This document shows positions 11,192 through 21,085 of a stretch of DNA of 64,000 nucleotides, piece after piece. The first letter of the stretch is position 1, and each line of letters begins with the position of its first letter. Both the position numbers and the translations under genes were made by a program. Under the pieces are notes generated by a model that saw only the letters and a program-made list of their open reading frames with translations, made no database searches and was not told where the DNA came from. Origin of the DNA: Candidatus Entotheonellaceae bacterium (GTDB lineage Bacteria > Tectomicrobia > Entotheonellia > Entotheonellales > Entotheonellaceae); assembly GCA_965238075.1 (NCBI GenBank), contig OZ250173.1, forward strand, positions 2,624,001 to 2,688,000, given 5' to 3'.

Positions 11192-12697
11192 TTAGGCACG
11201 TTTGGCAATATAGCCGTACGCCTTGTTGTCACGCAGGGCGGTGAGCTTGCCGGCCTGATCGTAGTCCCGCTTGATCTGCGCGAACTTGTCCTCGCTGAAC
11301 CGACTGTAGTCGGCTTGCAGGTCGAGGCCGTATAGGCGCGCAGAGGTGAGACCCAAGATCTGGTTCTTGACCGCGCCATCGGCGGAGCCAAGCGGCGCAA
11401 AGCCGTACTTCTCCTGCATATCTTCGGGTATTTCGAGGCGGCGCAGGGCGTCAATCTGCCACTGCGGCGAGCCGTGAAATACGGAGTCCGTTCCCCACAC
11501 CACGTTGGAGGCGCCGAGGCCGTTGATCCAAGTGCCCAGGATGGCCGCCGTGAGGCGCGGGCTGACGATTGCTGTCGAAGCGAAGGTGGTACCCATCTCC
11601 GCATAAATGTTCGAGGCGCCGTTTTGCGCCGGGATCTCGGCAAGGTCGCTGCACCACTCGATCCTGCCGGTGTTCTCGAAGTCGGCCATGGCATCTCCGG
11701 GCTTGTCGAAGAAGGCCCGGAAGCAGCCGTGGTAGATGATGAAGTTGAGCTGCGGCCAGTCTTTCGCCGCCTTGACGAGGTCGCGCGGGGTTTGGTATTC
11801 CCACACGCCGGCCCAGCTGTCGGCGTAATCCCTCGGCATGAGCCCCTTGTGGATGCAGAGATTGTTGATGCCCGACTTCACGGCCTTCTCGTAGAAGGGG
11901 TACATCAGCTTCTCGTCATCGAGCCAGAAGGGGTATTTCGTCTTGGGAGTCAGCGGGTCGCCGATGGTGTACAGCTTCCAACTGGCGGGTGGCCGCTCGG
12001 CCAGGGCCTGGTCCACTTCATCCATCCAGCCGGGCTGTCCTGGCGTTATCACCGCGTGGGCCAGCATGCGGGTATGCCCCGCCGTCTGGTTGACCATATT
12101 GGCGGCTTCGGCAATCTGCGCGTTGTTGAGGAACTCCCAGGTGTCGTCATCGAAGGGCGCGCCGCTCAAGACGGATACCTTGGTATCGCTGTTGAGGTAG
12201 ATCTGGCGCACATAGTTCTCGAACTTCATCAGGTACATGCTGATGTTGTTCGGGTCCAGGCCGTTTTTCCACACGTCGGCGCCTTCTTTCAGGAAGCCGA
12301 GGAAGCCGTCCTGAGTGTAGTCGTCGCGTACGAAGTGGGTCTGGACGTCGAAGACGAACTGGTTCTTGAGGGATTCAGCGCGTTCGTTGGCCATGGCGGC
12401 GTCGGCAGCCTCGGCCTCTGAGACATCGAACATGTTGCCGTACACGCTGTTCATGGCCAGGAAAGCGGCGGCCATGCCGGAACTGGTTTTCAGGAACTCG
12501 CGGCGGTCCAGGCCCTGCTTGGCGCCGTACGTATCGGCCAGTTCCTTGATGCGCGCTTCGACCTGCTTCTGCTGCGCGCTCTGCGGTGGCGGATTGAACT
12601 CCCCATTCGAAACGACCTGGGTTGGAATCGGTGAGTGAAAGGCGTTTTCCGCGCCTTCCACGAGCGAGAATTCTCTGTCACTGAAATAAGTACCCAT
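11192..12697 (-). CDS. Amidohydrolase family protein (tandem copy 1)
   Basis: Same length (501 aa) as, and collinear with, 9548-11053. Confidence 0.88.
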   Translation of the reverse strand: MGTYFSDREFSLVEGAENAFHSPIPTQVVSNGEFNPPPQSAQQKQVEARIKELADTYGAKQGLDRREFLKTSSGMAAAFLAMNSVYGNMFDVSEAEAADAAMANERAESLKNQFVFDVQTHFVRDDYTQDGFLGFLKEGADVWKNGLDPNNISMYLMKFENYVRQIYLNSDTKVSVLSGAPFDDDTWEFLNNAQIAEAANMVNQTAGHTRMLAHAVITPGQPGWMDEVDQALAERPPASWKLYTIGDPLTPKTKYPFWLDDEKLMYPFYEKAVKSGINNLCIHKGLMPRDYADSWAGVWEYQTPRDLVKAAKDWPQLNFIIYHGCFRAFFDKPGDAMADFENTGRIEWCSDLAEIPAQNGASNIYAEMGTTFASTAIVSPRLTAAILGTWINGLGASNVVWGTDSVFHGSPQWQIDALRRLEIPEDMQEKYGFAPLGSADGAVKNQILGLTSARLYGLDLQADYSRFSEDKFAQIKRDYDQAGKLTALRDNKAYGYIAKRA

Positions 12698-12964
12698 GGG
12701 AATGCCTCCTCTTTAAGGTACACAAAGGACAGAACTTCTTCCGTTTCCATAGAACACAACCCGGCAACAGCCAAAGGACACCGCGGCATCCCGTTGCCGT
12801 TGCTGGTTGTCTCAATGATCACCACGGTAGCGCGCACTCTAGCGCAGTCATTTTACCCATGTCAATAGAGTATTTGCATTTCGGACGTATTTGCGTTTCG
12901 CACAATAAGGATTTCGACTGATGTTCGGGAGCAATCCAAGGCGAGCTTCCGGGGATGACATGGG

Positions 12965-12996
12965 GTTTGACACCGTCAAACGGCTATCAGTATAGT
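12965..12996 (+). promoter_or_regulatory. Putative sigma70 promoter of the RND operon with a palindromic operator over -35
   Basis: TTGACA 12967-12972, 18 bp, TATAGT 12991-12996; inverted repeat gtttgac-acc-gtcaaac at 12965-12981. Confidence 0.55.
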
Positions 12997-13096
12997 ATGC
13001 CATCCTTTGAGACGAACGGGTGTGAGGGTCGCCAGTGGCTTCGACAGCAAATGGTGCGCTTAAGGCTGCTATGGAGATAAGGCTAAGATAAAGCTC

Positions 13097-14470
13097 ATGA
13101 AGAACAAGACCAGTTGCACTCCTTCCATGATGACCTCTTCTTCTATAAGTGGACAAGGAGGCGGCCGACGCCGTTACGGTGCTTGGGCCTGCTGGCTTTT
13201 CCGAACCGGTCGACCGCCGGGTGCGGTTGTCCTGTGGGTTTGTGTACTTGCCTTGTCTGCCTCTACGTGGGGCACGGCGGGCGCCCAAGACGCGCCGCAG
13301 GGCCCGCCCCCGGCGCCGGTGACGACGGCCGTGGCCGAGGGTGGGGCGTTCAGCAAGCCGGTGCACGTGACGGGCACGGTCGAGCCGCTGGCCAGCACGG
13401 TGCTTTCGAGTGAAGTCGATGGTTATCTGGCCGAACTGCTGGTTGATGAGGGCGACACCGTGACCGCGGGGCAGGTGTTGGCCCAGATTCGTGCCTTGCC
13501 GTACCGCTATGCTCTGGAGCAAGCCCAGGCACTGGCGCGGGCGGATCAGGAGCGCCTGCGGGAGTTGCGCCAGGGAACCCGCGAGGAAGACATCGTGATG
13601 GCCAAGGCGAATCTCGCCAAAGCCGAGGTGGTGGCGGAAAAGGCGAACAAGCGCTATGCCCGCAGCCAGTCGTTGCTGGAGAAGAAGATCATCAGCGATG
13701 AGGAATTAGACGAGGCGCATGAACGCTGGGAGGAAGCCCAAGCGACATTGGAGGTCGAGAAGGCGACCTATGACCGCGCCTTGGCCGGGGCGCGCGAAGA
13801 GGAGATAGGGGCTGCTGAGGCCCACGCCGCTGCCAGTGAGGCACAGGCTGCCGTGGCCAAGGACCTGCTCGAGCGCGCCACGATTCATGCCCCGTTCGAT
13901 GGCGTGATCACCGCAAAACATACGGAAGTCGGGTCGTGGCTTTCGATCGGCGAAGGCGTCTTCGATCTCGATACCACCAGTAAGGTGCGTGTGCGGGTGG
14001 ACATTCCAGAGACGTATTACGGCCGGATTGTCATCGGCAGTGACATGTCGATTACCTTCGACAGCGTTCCCAATCAGAGTTTCGTCGGCAAGGTGACGAA
14101 GAAAATTCCGCGCGCCAGTGGCAGGAGCCGGGCCTTCCCCATTTTGGTGAATCTGGATAACCGCGAAGGTCACTTGGCGTCCGGCATGTTGGCCCGTGTG
14201 ACGCTGGAGACCCCGAACACGGGCGAGCGTAGTGTCATCGTACCGCGCGACGCCTTGGTGCCGCGCGGTACGAACCACATCCTGGTGCGCGTGCAGGACA
14301 AGGACGGTCAGCCGATTGCGGAGATTTTGCCGGTTAAGCCGGGGCGCTATTTCGGCGAGGCGGTGGAGGTATTTGGCGATTTACAGGCCGGCGACCGTGT
14401 CGTGGTGCGCGGCAATGAGCGGCTGCGCCCGGGTCAGCCTCTGGTGCTGGATCGGTTTCTGACAAATTAA
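13097..14470 (+). CDS. Efflux RND transporter periplasmic adaptor (membrane fusion protein)
   Basis: Lipoyl-like VDEGDTVTAGQVL, long helical hairpin, IHAPFDGVI. Exact start uncertain. Confidence 0.92.
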   Translation: MKNKTSCTPSMMTSSSISGQGGGRRRYGAWACWLFRTGRPPGAVVLWVCVLALSASTWGTAGAQDAPQGPPPAPVTTAVAEGGAFSKPVHVTGTVEPLASTVLSSEVDGYLAELLVDEGDTVTAGQVLAQIRALPYRYALEQAQALARADQERLRELRQGTREEDIVMAKANLAKAEVVAEKANKRYARSQSLLEKKIISDEELDEAHERWEEAQATLEVEKATYDRALAGAREEEIGAAEAHAAASEAQAAVAKDLLERATIHAPFDGVITAKHTEVGSWLSIGEGVFDLDTTSKVRVRVDIPETYYGRIVIGSDMSITFDSVPNQSFVGKVTKKIPRASGRSRAFPILVNLDNREGHLASGMLARVTLETPNTGERSVIVPRDALVPRGTNHILVRVQDKDGQPIAEILPVKPGRYFGEAVEVFGDLQAGDRVVVRGNERLRPGQPLVLDRFLTN

Positions 14471-14515
14471 ACGGTGCTTACGGCGTTGGGCACCGGGAGT
14501 TGAGGGCGTTAAACG

Positions 14516-17500
14516 ATGATTCGATACTTCATTCGGAATGGCATTGCCGTCTCCGTACTAAGCATGGCGTTGTTGCTGTTCGGCGTGCTGGCCCTGTTCA
14601 GCCTGCCTATCCAGCTTACCCCCGACGTTTCGGCGCCGGTCATCAGCGTTGTGACCTACTATCCTGGTGCGACCCCGGAGGATATCGAGCAGGACATCCT
14701 GATCGATCAGGAACAGTACCTGAAGAGCCTTCCCGGGCTGGAGAAGATGATCAGCACGGCTTCGATGGGGCAGGCGGAGGTCGAGCTGGAATTCGGGTTG
14801 GAGACGAACCAGCAGGAGAACATCGTACGTATTAACAACGCCCTCGCACAGGTGCCCGGCTACCCGGAGAACGTGGATGAGCCGACGATTCAAAGCTCCC
14901 GTGCCTCCGAGCAGCCAGTGGCCTGGATCAGTGTGCGTACTCGCTCCGACCACCCGGAATCGCTCGATGTGCAGGAAATGTTCGACTACGTGGAGGACCA
15001 CGTTAAACCGTATTTCGAGCGGCTGACGGGCATTTCCAGCGTTCGCGGCGTATACGGCGGTACTGAGCGGCAGATGCAGGTGATGATCGATCCCACCAAG
15101 TTGGCTGATCGGGGCATTCCCATTTCCAAAGTGCGGTCGGCGATTCGGGCCCGTAACCGCGACGTATCCGGCGGCGACCTGGACGAGGGCAAGCGGCGTT
15201 TCAACGTGCGCACGGTCGGCCGCTATGAATCCTCTGCCGATATCGAAGATACGATCATCGACATCCAGGACGGCACACCCATCTACCTGCGCGATGTCGG
15301 TTACGCCCGCCTGGGACACGCCGAGAAGCGCACCCTGATCCGCCAAAATACCGAACCCGCTCTGGCGTTTGGTCCGCAACGCAAGCGGGGGACGAACCTG
15401 CTGGTCGTCATGGAACAGGTCCAACAGGCCATTCGGGACATGAATGATGGGCCCTTGCGCGCGAAGGGTATCTACCTGACACAGGTGACGGATAGCACCA
15501 GCTACGTCCGCGACGCGGTCGACATGGTGCGGTTCAACCTGCTTTTTGGCGGCCTGCTGGCCCTTGGCATCCTGTTAATCTTCTTGCGGCACGCCCGTTC
15601 CACCCTGATCGTCGGCCTGGCTATTCCGCTGTGCGTCATCGGTGCCTTTTTCGTGATCAGCGTGTCCGGACGTTCCATCAACGTGATCTCGCTGGCGGGC
15701 CTCGCCTTCTCAATCGGCGCCGTCCTCGATGCCTCGATCGTCGTGCTGGAGAACATCTACCGACACCGCTCCATGGGCAAATCGTCCTTTGATGCAGCCT
15801 ACGACGGCACCAGCGAAGTGTGGACGGCTATCCTGTCCTCGGTCCTGACGAATGTCGTGGTCTTCACGCCCATTATCACGTTGGCGGACGAAGCAGGGCA
15901 GATCTTCCGCGACCTCGCCATCGCTATCGTGGCGGCTAATATTCTGGCCCTGATTGTTTCCATCCTCATCATTCCCCCTCTCGCCGCCCGGCTGCTCACG
16001 AGCGTGCCGACGATGGGCAAGCAGGGATTCGCGGGGCAACTGCAGCGCCTGTTCGGAGTCGCCTCCTTGGCAGCCAGAATCCATGACGGCTTTCTGCGAT
16101 CCGCGCTCACTTGGCTGATGGCCGGCGTCATCCGGCGCATCATCGTCACGGCGTCGGTCTTGGCCTTTGCGGTGGCGTGCATCGTGGCTTTCATGCCCAA
16201 GACGGAATACCTGCCGGAAGGCAATCGGCAAACGATTATTGGCGTCCTCATCCCGCCGCAGGGTTACGGCATGCCTGAGATAACGGCTATCGGGAAGGAA
16301 TTGGAGAAGCGGGTGAAGCCGATGCTGGATGCCTCCGTGGCCGATTTCGAGGAAGGTCGAGTTGAGGCGCCGCCGCTGAAATACTTCTTCTTCGCGGCAT
16401 TTCGCAATCGCATGTTCCTCTTCACCCGCCCGAAGAGCCGCGCCCACCTGTCTGCGGTGCCGCCCGCTCTGCAGCGCCTTATGAGCGATGTCCCAGGCAC
16501 CATAGCCTTTGCTATCAAGATGTCCATTTTCAGCCGCGACATCATGGGTTCGCGCGCTATCAATGTCGATATCATCGGTCCTGACGTAAAGGTCCTGACC
16601 AACATTGCGCAGGGAACCTTTTTCAAAGTCTTGCAAGCGCTGCCCGGGGCGCGACCCGAGCCGAAGCCGGGTATTGAGATCGGCCAGCCGCAGGTGATCG
16701 TGCGGCCCGACTGGGAACGCGCCGCGCAGCTTGGGATCGACGTGCAGGACATCGGTTACAGCACCTGGGTGCTGGGCGATGGGGCCTATGTGGACGATTA
16801 TTACCACGAAGGCGACAAGATGGACCTGTACCTCTATTCCACCATGGGGGCTTACGACACCCTGGGGAATTTCGAGAACATCCGCATCGCGACGCGGTTG
16901 GGAGATACGGTGCCGCTGTCCGATGTTGCCAGTATTGATTTCACCTACGGTCTGGAACGCATTCGCCGTGTGGATAACCAGCGCGCGGTGACCCTGCGGA
17001 TTACCCCGCCCAGCAACATCTCGCTGGAAGAAGCAATTGAGATCGTGCAAAACGACATCATTGGCGCCGTGCAAGCGGATGGCATGGTACCGCCGGGATA
17101 TACCATGCGCATCAGCGGCACCAGCGATAAGCTGTCAGCCATTCGTGCCAAGCTCGGCACCGACTTCCTGCTGGCGCTGATGCTGACGTATCTCACGATG
17201 GTTCTGGTGTTCCGCCACTGGGGTTATCCTCTGGCCGTTATGCTGTCGGTTCCCATCGGTTTGACGGGCGGCGTGCTGGGCCTCTGGGTGCTTAACCGCT
17301 ATTTGGACATCGTCAGCCCGGGAACTATTCAGTCGCTTGACGTTCTGACCATGCTTGGCTTCGTCATTCTGCTGGGCAGTGTCATCAACAACCCCATTCT
17401 GATCGTGCAGCAGGCAATCAATTTTATGCGCCAGGGTCTGGATGCCCATCAGGCGATTGTGGAATCGACCCTGACCCGCATCCGTCCAATCTTGATGACG

Positions 17501-17746
17501 ACGGGAACCACCATTTTCGGCTTGATGCCGCTGGTGCTGAACCCTGGTGCCGGCAGCGAGTTGTACCGCGGCCTCGGCATGGTCATGTTCGGCGGCCTCA
17601 TTCTGGGCACCGTTACGACCATTGTCTTCATCCCGTCGGTCATGTCGCTTATGTTCGACTTTGTTGGACTGCTACGGCGACAGAGCAGCTTCGCGGCTGC
17701 TGCCGCGACACCGGCGCCACTCGCCAGCGAAGCCGGTAGCGACTAG
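14516..17746 (+). CDS. Efflux RND transporter permease (AcrB/AcrD/AcrF family)
   Basis: 1076 aa; SINVISLAGL, DASIVVLENI, RIRPILMTT. Confidence 0.95.
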   Translation: MIRYFIRNGIAVSVLSMALLLFGVLALFSLPIQLTPDVSAPVISVVTYYPGATPEDIEQDILIDQEQYLKSLPGLEKMISTASMGQAEVELEFGLETNQQENIVRINNALAQVPGYPENVDEPTIQSSRASEQPVAWISVRTRSDHPESLDVQEMFDYVEDHVKPYFERLTGISSVRGVYGGTERQMQVMIDPTKLADRGIPISKVRSAIRARNRDVSGGDLDEGKRRFNVRTVGRYESSADIEDTIIDIQDGTPIYLRDVGYARLGHAEKRTLIRQNTEPALAFGPQRKRGTNLLVVMEQVQQAIRDMNDGPLRAKGIYLTQVTDSTSYVRDAVDMVRFNLLFGGLLALGILLIFLRHARSTLIVGLAIPLCVIGAFFVISVSGRSINVISLAGLAFSIGAVLDASIVVLENIYRHRSMGKSSFDAAYDGTSEVWTAILSSVLTNVVVFTPIITLADEAGQIFRDLAIAIVAANILALIVSILIIPPLAARLLTSVPTMGKQGFAGQLQRLFGVASLAARIHDGFLRSALTWLMAGVIRRIIVTASVLAFAVACIVAFMPKTEYLPEGNRQTIIGVLIPPQGYGMPEITAIGKELEKRVKPMLDASVADFEEGRVEAPPLKYFFFAAFRNRMFLFTRPKSRAHLSAVPPALQRLMSDVPGTIAFAIKMSIFSRDIMGSRAINVDIIGPDVKVLTNIAQGTFFKVLQALPGARPEPKPGIEIGQPQVIVRPDWERAAQLGIDVQDIGYSTWVLGDGAYVDDYYHEGDKMDLYLYSTMGAYDTLGNFENIRIATRLGDTVPLSDVASIDFTYGLERIRRVDNQRAVTLRITPPSNISLEEAIEIVQNDIIGAVQADGMVPPGYTMRISGTSDKLSAIRAKLGTDFLLALMLTYLTMVLVFRHWGYPLAVMLSVPIGLTGGVLGLWVLNRYLDIVSPGTIQSLDVLTMLGFVILLGSVINNPILIVQQAINFMRQGLDAHQAIVESTLTRIRPILMTTGTTIFGLMPLVLNPGAGSELYRGLGMVMFGGLILGTVTTIVFIPSVMSLMFDFVGLLRRQSSFAAAAATPAPLASEAGSD

Positions 17747-17821
17747 AAGGAGATCTAGCGGGCGCCCTATCGCCGTCCGGTCTGCGTTTTCGGTCACAAC
17801 GAAATGAAAGGGGAGTCGGAT

Positions 17822-18763
17822 ATGATACTCGGCAGTGGTGACTTACGCTTCGAACCGGTGGTCGATTGGGAAAAGCTGCCGGCGGGTTGGTCGTTCGTCG
17901 ATGTCGCCGGCGTGGCGGTCGATTCCCACGATAACGTGTACGTGCTGAACCGCAGCGAGCACCCCGTCATCGTCTTCGACCGCGACGGGAATTTCCTGCG
18001 CTCCTGGGGCGAGGGCGCTTTCAGCGACCGCACGCACGGCATTTACGTCGGACCCGACGACAGCGTCTATTGCGTGGATGACGGCCTGCACACGGTTCGC
18101 AAATTCACGACCGAAGGCAAACTGCTCCTCACCCTCGGCACGGAAAGCCAGCCGGCTCCCAAATGGGCCGGTAAGCCCTTCAACCGCCCGACGCATGCGG
18201 CAGTCTCGCCGATTACCGGCAATCTGTATGTTTCCGACGGTTACGGCAACTCCCGTGTTCATATCTTCACGCCCGACGGGCGGCCCGTGCATTCCTGGGG
18301 TGAGCCCGGCATCGACCCCGGACAGTTCATTCGCCCGCACAACGTGGCCATCGATCAGGATGATCAGGTGTATGTGGCCGACCGGGAAAACCACCGTATT
18401 CAGGTATTCGACGCCAAGGGCAACTTCCTCAGCATGTGGAACAATATCCACCGTCCCGACGGCATCTGCCTCGACAAGGCCGGTTATCTGTACATCGGCG
18501 AGTTGAACGGCATGGCCGGCGTCGATGATGCGCCCGGCTTGGGGCACCGGGTGAGCATCTACAACCTGAAAGGCGAGTTGCAGACGCGTTTTGGCGACCC
18601 CGAGGAGGGGGAGGGGCCGGGCCAGTTCATCGCGCCGCACGGGGTGGGCGTCGACTCACGCGGCGACGTCTATGTCGGCGACGTGGCCTACACCATCCGA
18701 GGACGACACCTCGAGCCGCCGCGGGAATTGAAGTGTTTGCGGAAATTCAGCCGGAAGCGATAG
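17822..18763 (+). CDS. NHL-repeat protein (peptidyl-alpha-hydroxyglycine amidating lyase-like)
   Basis: Repeated PHGVxVD / YVADRENHRIQVF beta-propeller units; DGYGNSR. Confidence 0.88.
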   Translation: MILGSGDLRFEPVVDWEKLPAGWSFVDVAGVAVDSHDNVYVLNRSEHPVIVFDRDGNFLRSWGEGAFSDRTHGIYVGPDDSVYCVDDGLHTVRKFTTEGKLLLTLGTESQPAPKWAGKPFNRPTHAAVSPITGNLYVSDGYGNSRVHIFTPDGRPVHSWGEPGIDPGQFIRPHNVAIDQDDQVYVADRENHRIQVFDAKGNFLSMWNNIHRPDGICLDKAGYLYIGELNGMAGVDDAPGLGHRVSIYNLKGELQTRFGDPEEGEGPGQFIAPHGVGVDSRGDVYVGDVAYTIRGRHLEPPRELKCLRKFSRKR

Positions 18764-18795
18764 GCGGGCCGGTGCCAGGCGAATTGGGGGGAGCC

Positions 18796-19344
18796 ATGTC
18801 AGGTACGTTGGCGACGGCAACGTTTGGAACCGGGTGTTTCTGGTGCACTGAGGCGGTGTTCTTGGAGGTTAAGGGCGTCCATCGTGTCGTTTCCTGCTAC
18901 GCTGGCGGCCACACGAAAAATCCGACCTATCAGCAAATCTGCACGGGCACGACCGGCCATGCGGAGGTCATCCAGATCACCTTCGATCCTGCCGTCATTA
19001 CCTTCGAGGACCTGCTCGAGGTGTTTTGGCGCACCCACGATCCCACCACGCTGAACCGCCAGGGGGCCGACGTTGGCACGCAGTACCGTTCGGTGATCTT
19101 TTACCACGACGACGAGCAGCGGGTGAGCGCCGAAAAATCCAAGCAGGAGACGGACGCCTCCGGGTTGTGGAAAGACCCGATCGTTACCGAGATCACGCCT
19201 TTCGACACGTTCTATACCGCCGAGGGCTACCACCAGGAATTCTACCAGCGCAACCCGCACCAGCCGTATTGCTTCGTGATCATCGACCCCAAGATGAAGA
19301 AGTTTCGCAAGGACATGCCGGACATCCTCAAGACTGCGAAGTAA
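18796..19344 (+). CDS. msrA: Peptide methionine (S)-sulfoxide reductase
   Basis: GCFWC, GHAE, HDPT, QGADVGTQYRS, AEGYHQ. Confidence 0.96.
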   Translation: MSGTLATATFGTGCFWCTEAVFLEVKGVHRVVSCYAGGHTKNPTYQQICTGTTGHAEVIQITFDPAVITFEDLLEVFWRTHDPTTLNRQGADVGTQYRSVIFYHDDEQRVSAEKSKQETDASGLWKDPIVTEITPFDTFYTAEGYHQEFYQRNPHQPYCFVIIDPKMKKFRKDMPDILKTAK

Positions 19345-19354
19345 CCGCGCTGTG

Positions 19355-20296
19355 TCAGTCCTGTTCTCCGCGCTCCTTTTGCAAGACTTCTTGAAGCACC
19401 TCGCGCGGCACACGCACCTCAACCCCTGCGCGTTCTTCCTGCAACAGCATGGCCGCACGCGAATCCCGTTGCCCCCAACCCTTGTTCAGCGCTTCGGTGA
19501 GTTCCGCCAGCGTCAGATTGGCAAGACGCATCGGCACGTCGAATTCCCTGCCGACCTCCACGGCCAGTGACACATCCTTGCGAGCCAGTCGGAGGGCAAA
19601 ATCGGCTGGATCGAACCGCCCCGGCAGGTAGTTTTGCGCCAGGCCGTCGAAGGTCTGCCGGCGTCCCAGGGCGCCCTGGCGGACCGCCTGCCAAAGCGCC
19701 AGCGGCTCGACGCCCGCCTTGACGCCCATGCTGAAAGTCTCGGCGAGCGCCGTCTGCAGGATGTAGCCGGTGCAATTGTGCACCAGCTTGGCGACGGAGC
19801 CCGTGCCGATGGCTCCCACATAGAACGCTTGGTCGCCGATGGCGTCAAGGACCGGCTTGCAGCGCTCGAAGACGTTCTTGTCGCCGCCGACCCAGATGGC
19901 CAGTCGGCCGGTGCGGGCGCCCAGCGGTCCGCCGCTGACCGGGGCGTCCAGCAGGTGCGCGCCGCGCGCCGTGAAGGCGTCGTGGATGCGGCGGATCAAC
20001 GTCGGCGAGTTGGTGCTCAGGTCGAAATAGACCTTGCCGGGGCTGAAGCCTGGCAAAATGCCGCGCTCGCCGAGGGCGACGGCTTCCACCTCCGGCGGCC
20101 CCGGCAGGGAGGTGAACAGGATGTCGCTGGCCTCGGCCACTTCCCGCGCGCTGTCGGCCCACACGGCGCCGGCTTCCAGGTGCGGCCCGGCGGCATCCCG
20201 GTTGATGTCGTTGACGATGAGATGGTGACCGGCTTTGAGGACGTTGAGGGCCATGCTCGACCCCATGGTTCCCAGGCCGATGAATCCGAGTTCCAT
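19355..20296 (-). CDS. NAD(P)-dependent beta-hydroxyacid dehydrogenase (MmsB/GarR family)
   Basis: GFIGLGTMG, LDAPVSGG, AKLVHN, FALRLARKD. Confidence 0.92.
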   Translation of the reverse strand: MELGFIGLGTMGSSMALNVLKAGHHLIVNDINRDAAGPHLEAGAVWADSAREVAEASDILFTSLPGPPEVEAVALGERGILPGFSPGKVYFDLSTNSPTLIRRIHDAFTARGAHLLDAPVSGGPLGARTGRLAIWVGGDKNVFERCKPVLDAIGDQAFYVGAIGTGSVAKLVHNCTGYILQTALAETFSMGVKAGVEPLALWQAVRQGALGRRQTFDGLAQNYLPGRFDPADFALRLARKDVSLAVEVGREFDVPMRLANLTLAELTEALNKGWGQRDSRAAMLLQEERAGVEVRVPREVLQEVLQKERGEQD

Positions 20297-20329
20297 GCCG
20301 TGCTCCTTCCGCTAAGTTGGCAGTCTTGT

Positions 20330-21004
20330 CTACCGTTCTCGCAGTTTTTCCAGGGAGAAATCGTCGCTGTTGATCCAGTCGCGGTAGGCGGCTTCGGCGT
20401 CCAGCACCTTGCGCGATTCGGCGATGACGTCGCGGGCGATTTCCAGTGGGATGGTGACCACGCCGTTGGCGTCGGCATGAATCAGGTCGCCGGGTTGCAC
20501 CCGAACGCGGCTTACTTCAACGGGCACCTGGGCTTCGAGAAATCCGAAGTTGCCGTGCGCCGGCACCATGCCCGGCGCGAAGTAGTGGAAGCCCATCTCT
20601 CGCACGGTGTCCACGTCGCGCACCCCGCCGTCCGTGACCAGACCGATGGTGCCCAGCCGCTGTGCCACCGTCGTCAGGCCGTCGCCGAAATGACAGCCGT
20701 GGAGTGGCTTGGGGCCCACGTCCTTCAGCACCAGCACCACGGGTTTCGGCGAGTTGTGTATCGCCTCGAAGCATTTCAGGCGCGCTTCCTTGTCGTGCAC
20801 CCGTCCGTGCGTGGTGGTGTCGAGCGTTGCGGTTACGGCGTATCCGACCATGACGCCGAGCTCGGGGAACATGCACCGGATGTCCCAGCCCATGAAGCCG
20901 TCGGTGTCGCTGCGCACCTTGAAGGGCTCAATGGCGTTGGCTATAGTAGGCGTGTCGATTTGCCGTAAAGCGTTAAATTCGCTATCGGTAAGCGCATTCT
21001 GCAC
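20330..21004 (-). CDS. RraA family protein (HMG aldolase-like)
   Basis: DTPTIANA, VGYAVT, VTDGGVRD, GDLIHADANG. GTG start inferred. Confidence 0.88.
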   Translation of the reverse strand: MQNALTDSEFNALRQIDTPTIANAIEPFKVRSDTDGFMGWDIRCMFPELGVMVGYAVTATLDTTTHGRVHDKEARLKCFEAIHNSPKPVVLVLKDVGPKPLHGCHFGDGLTTVAQRLGTIGLVTDGGVRDVDTVREMGFHYFAPGMVPAHGNFGFLEAQVPVEVSRVRVQPGDLIHADANGVVTIPLEIARDVIAESRKVLDAEAAYRDWINSDDFSLEKLRER

Positions 21005-21085
21005 GTCATCTTCTCCTTGGAATCGGATGCGGTCACACAGTTTCAATCGGCTGCATGAAACCTATACGGAAAGTTAGTGGACAGT

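Noticed and set aside
9548-12697. Assembly artefact duplication
   Set aside because: The copies differ at many synonymous and non-synonymous sites and have different upstream regions.
18796-19344. Selenocysteine form of MsrA
   Set aside because: The active site is encoded by TGT (GCFWC); no UGA.
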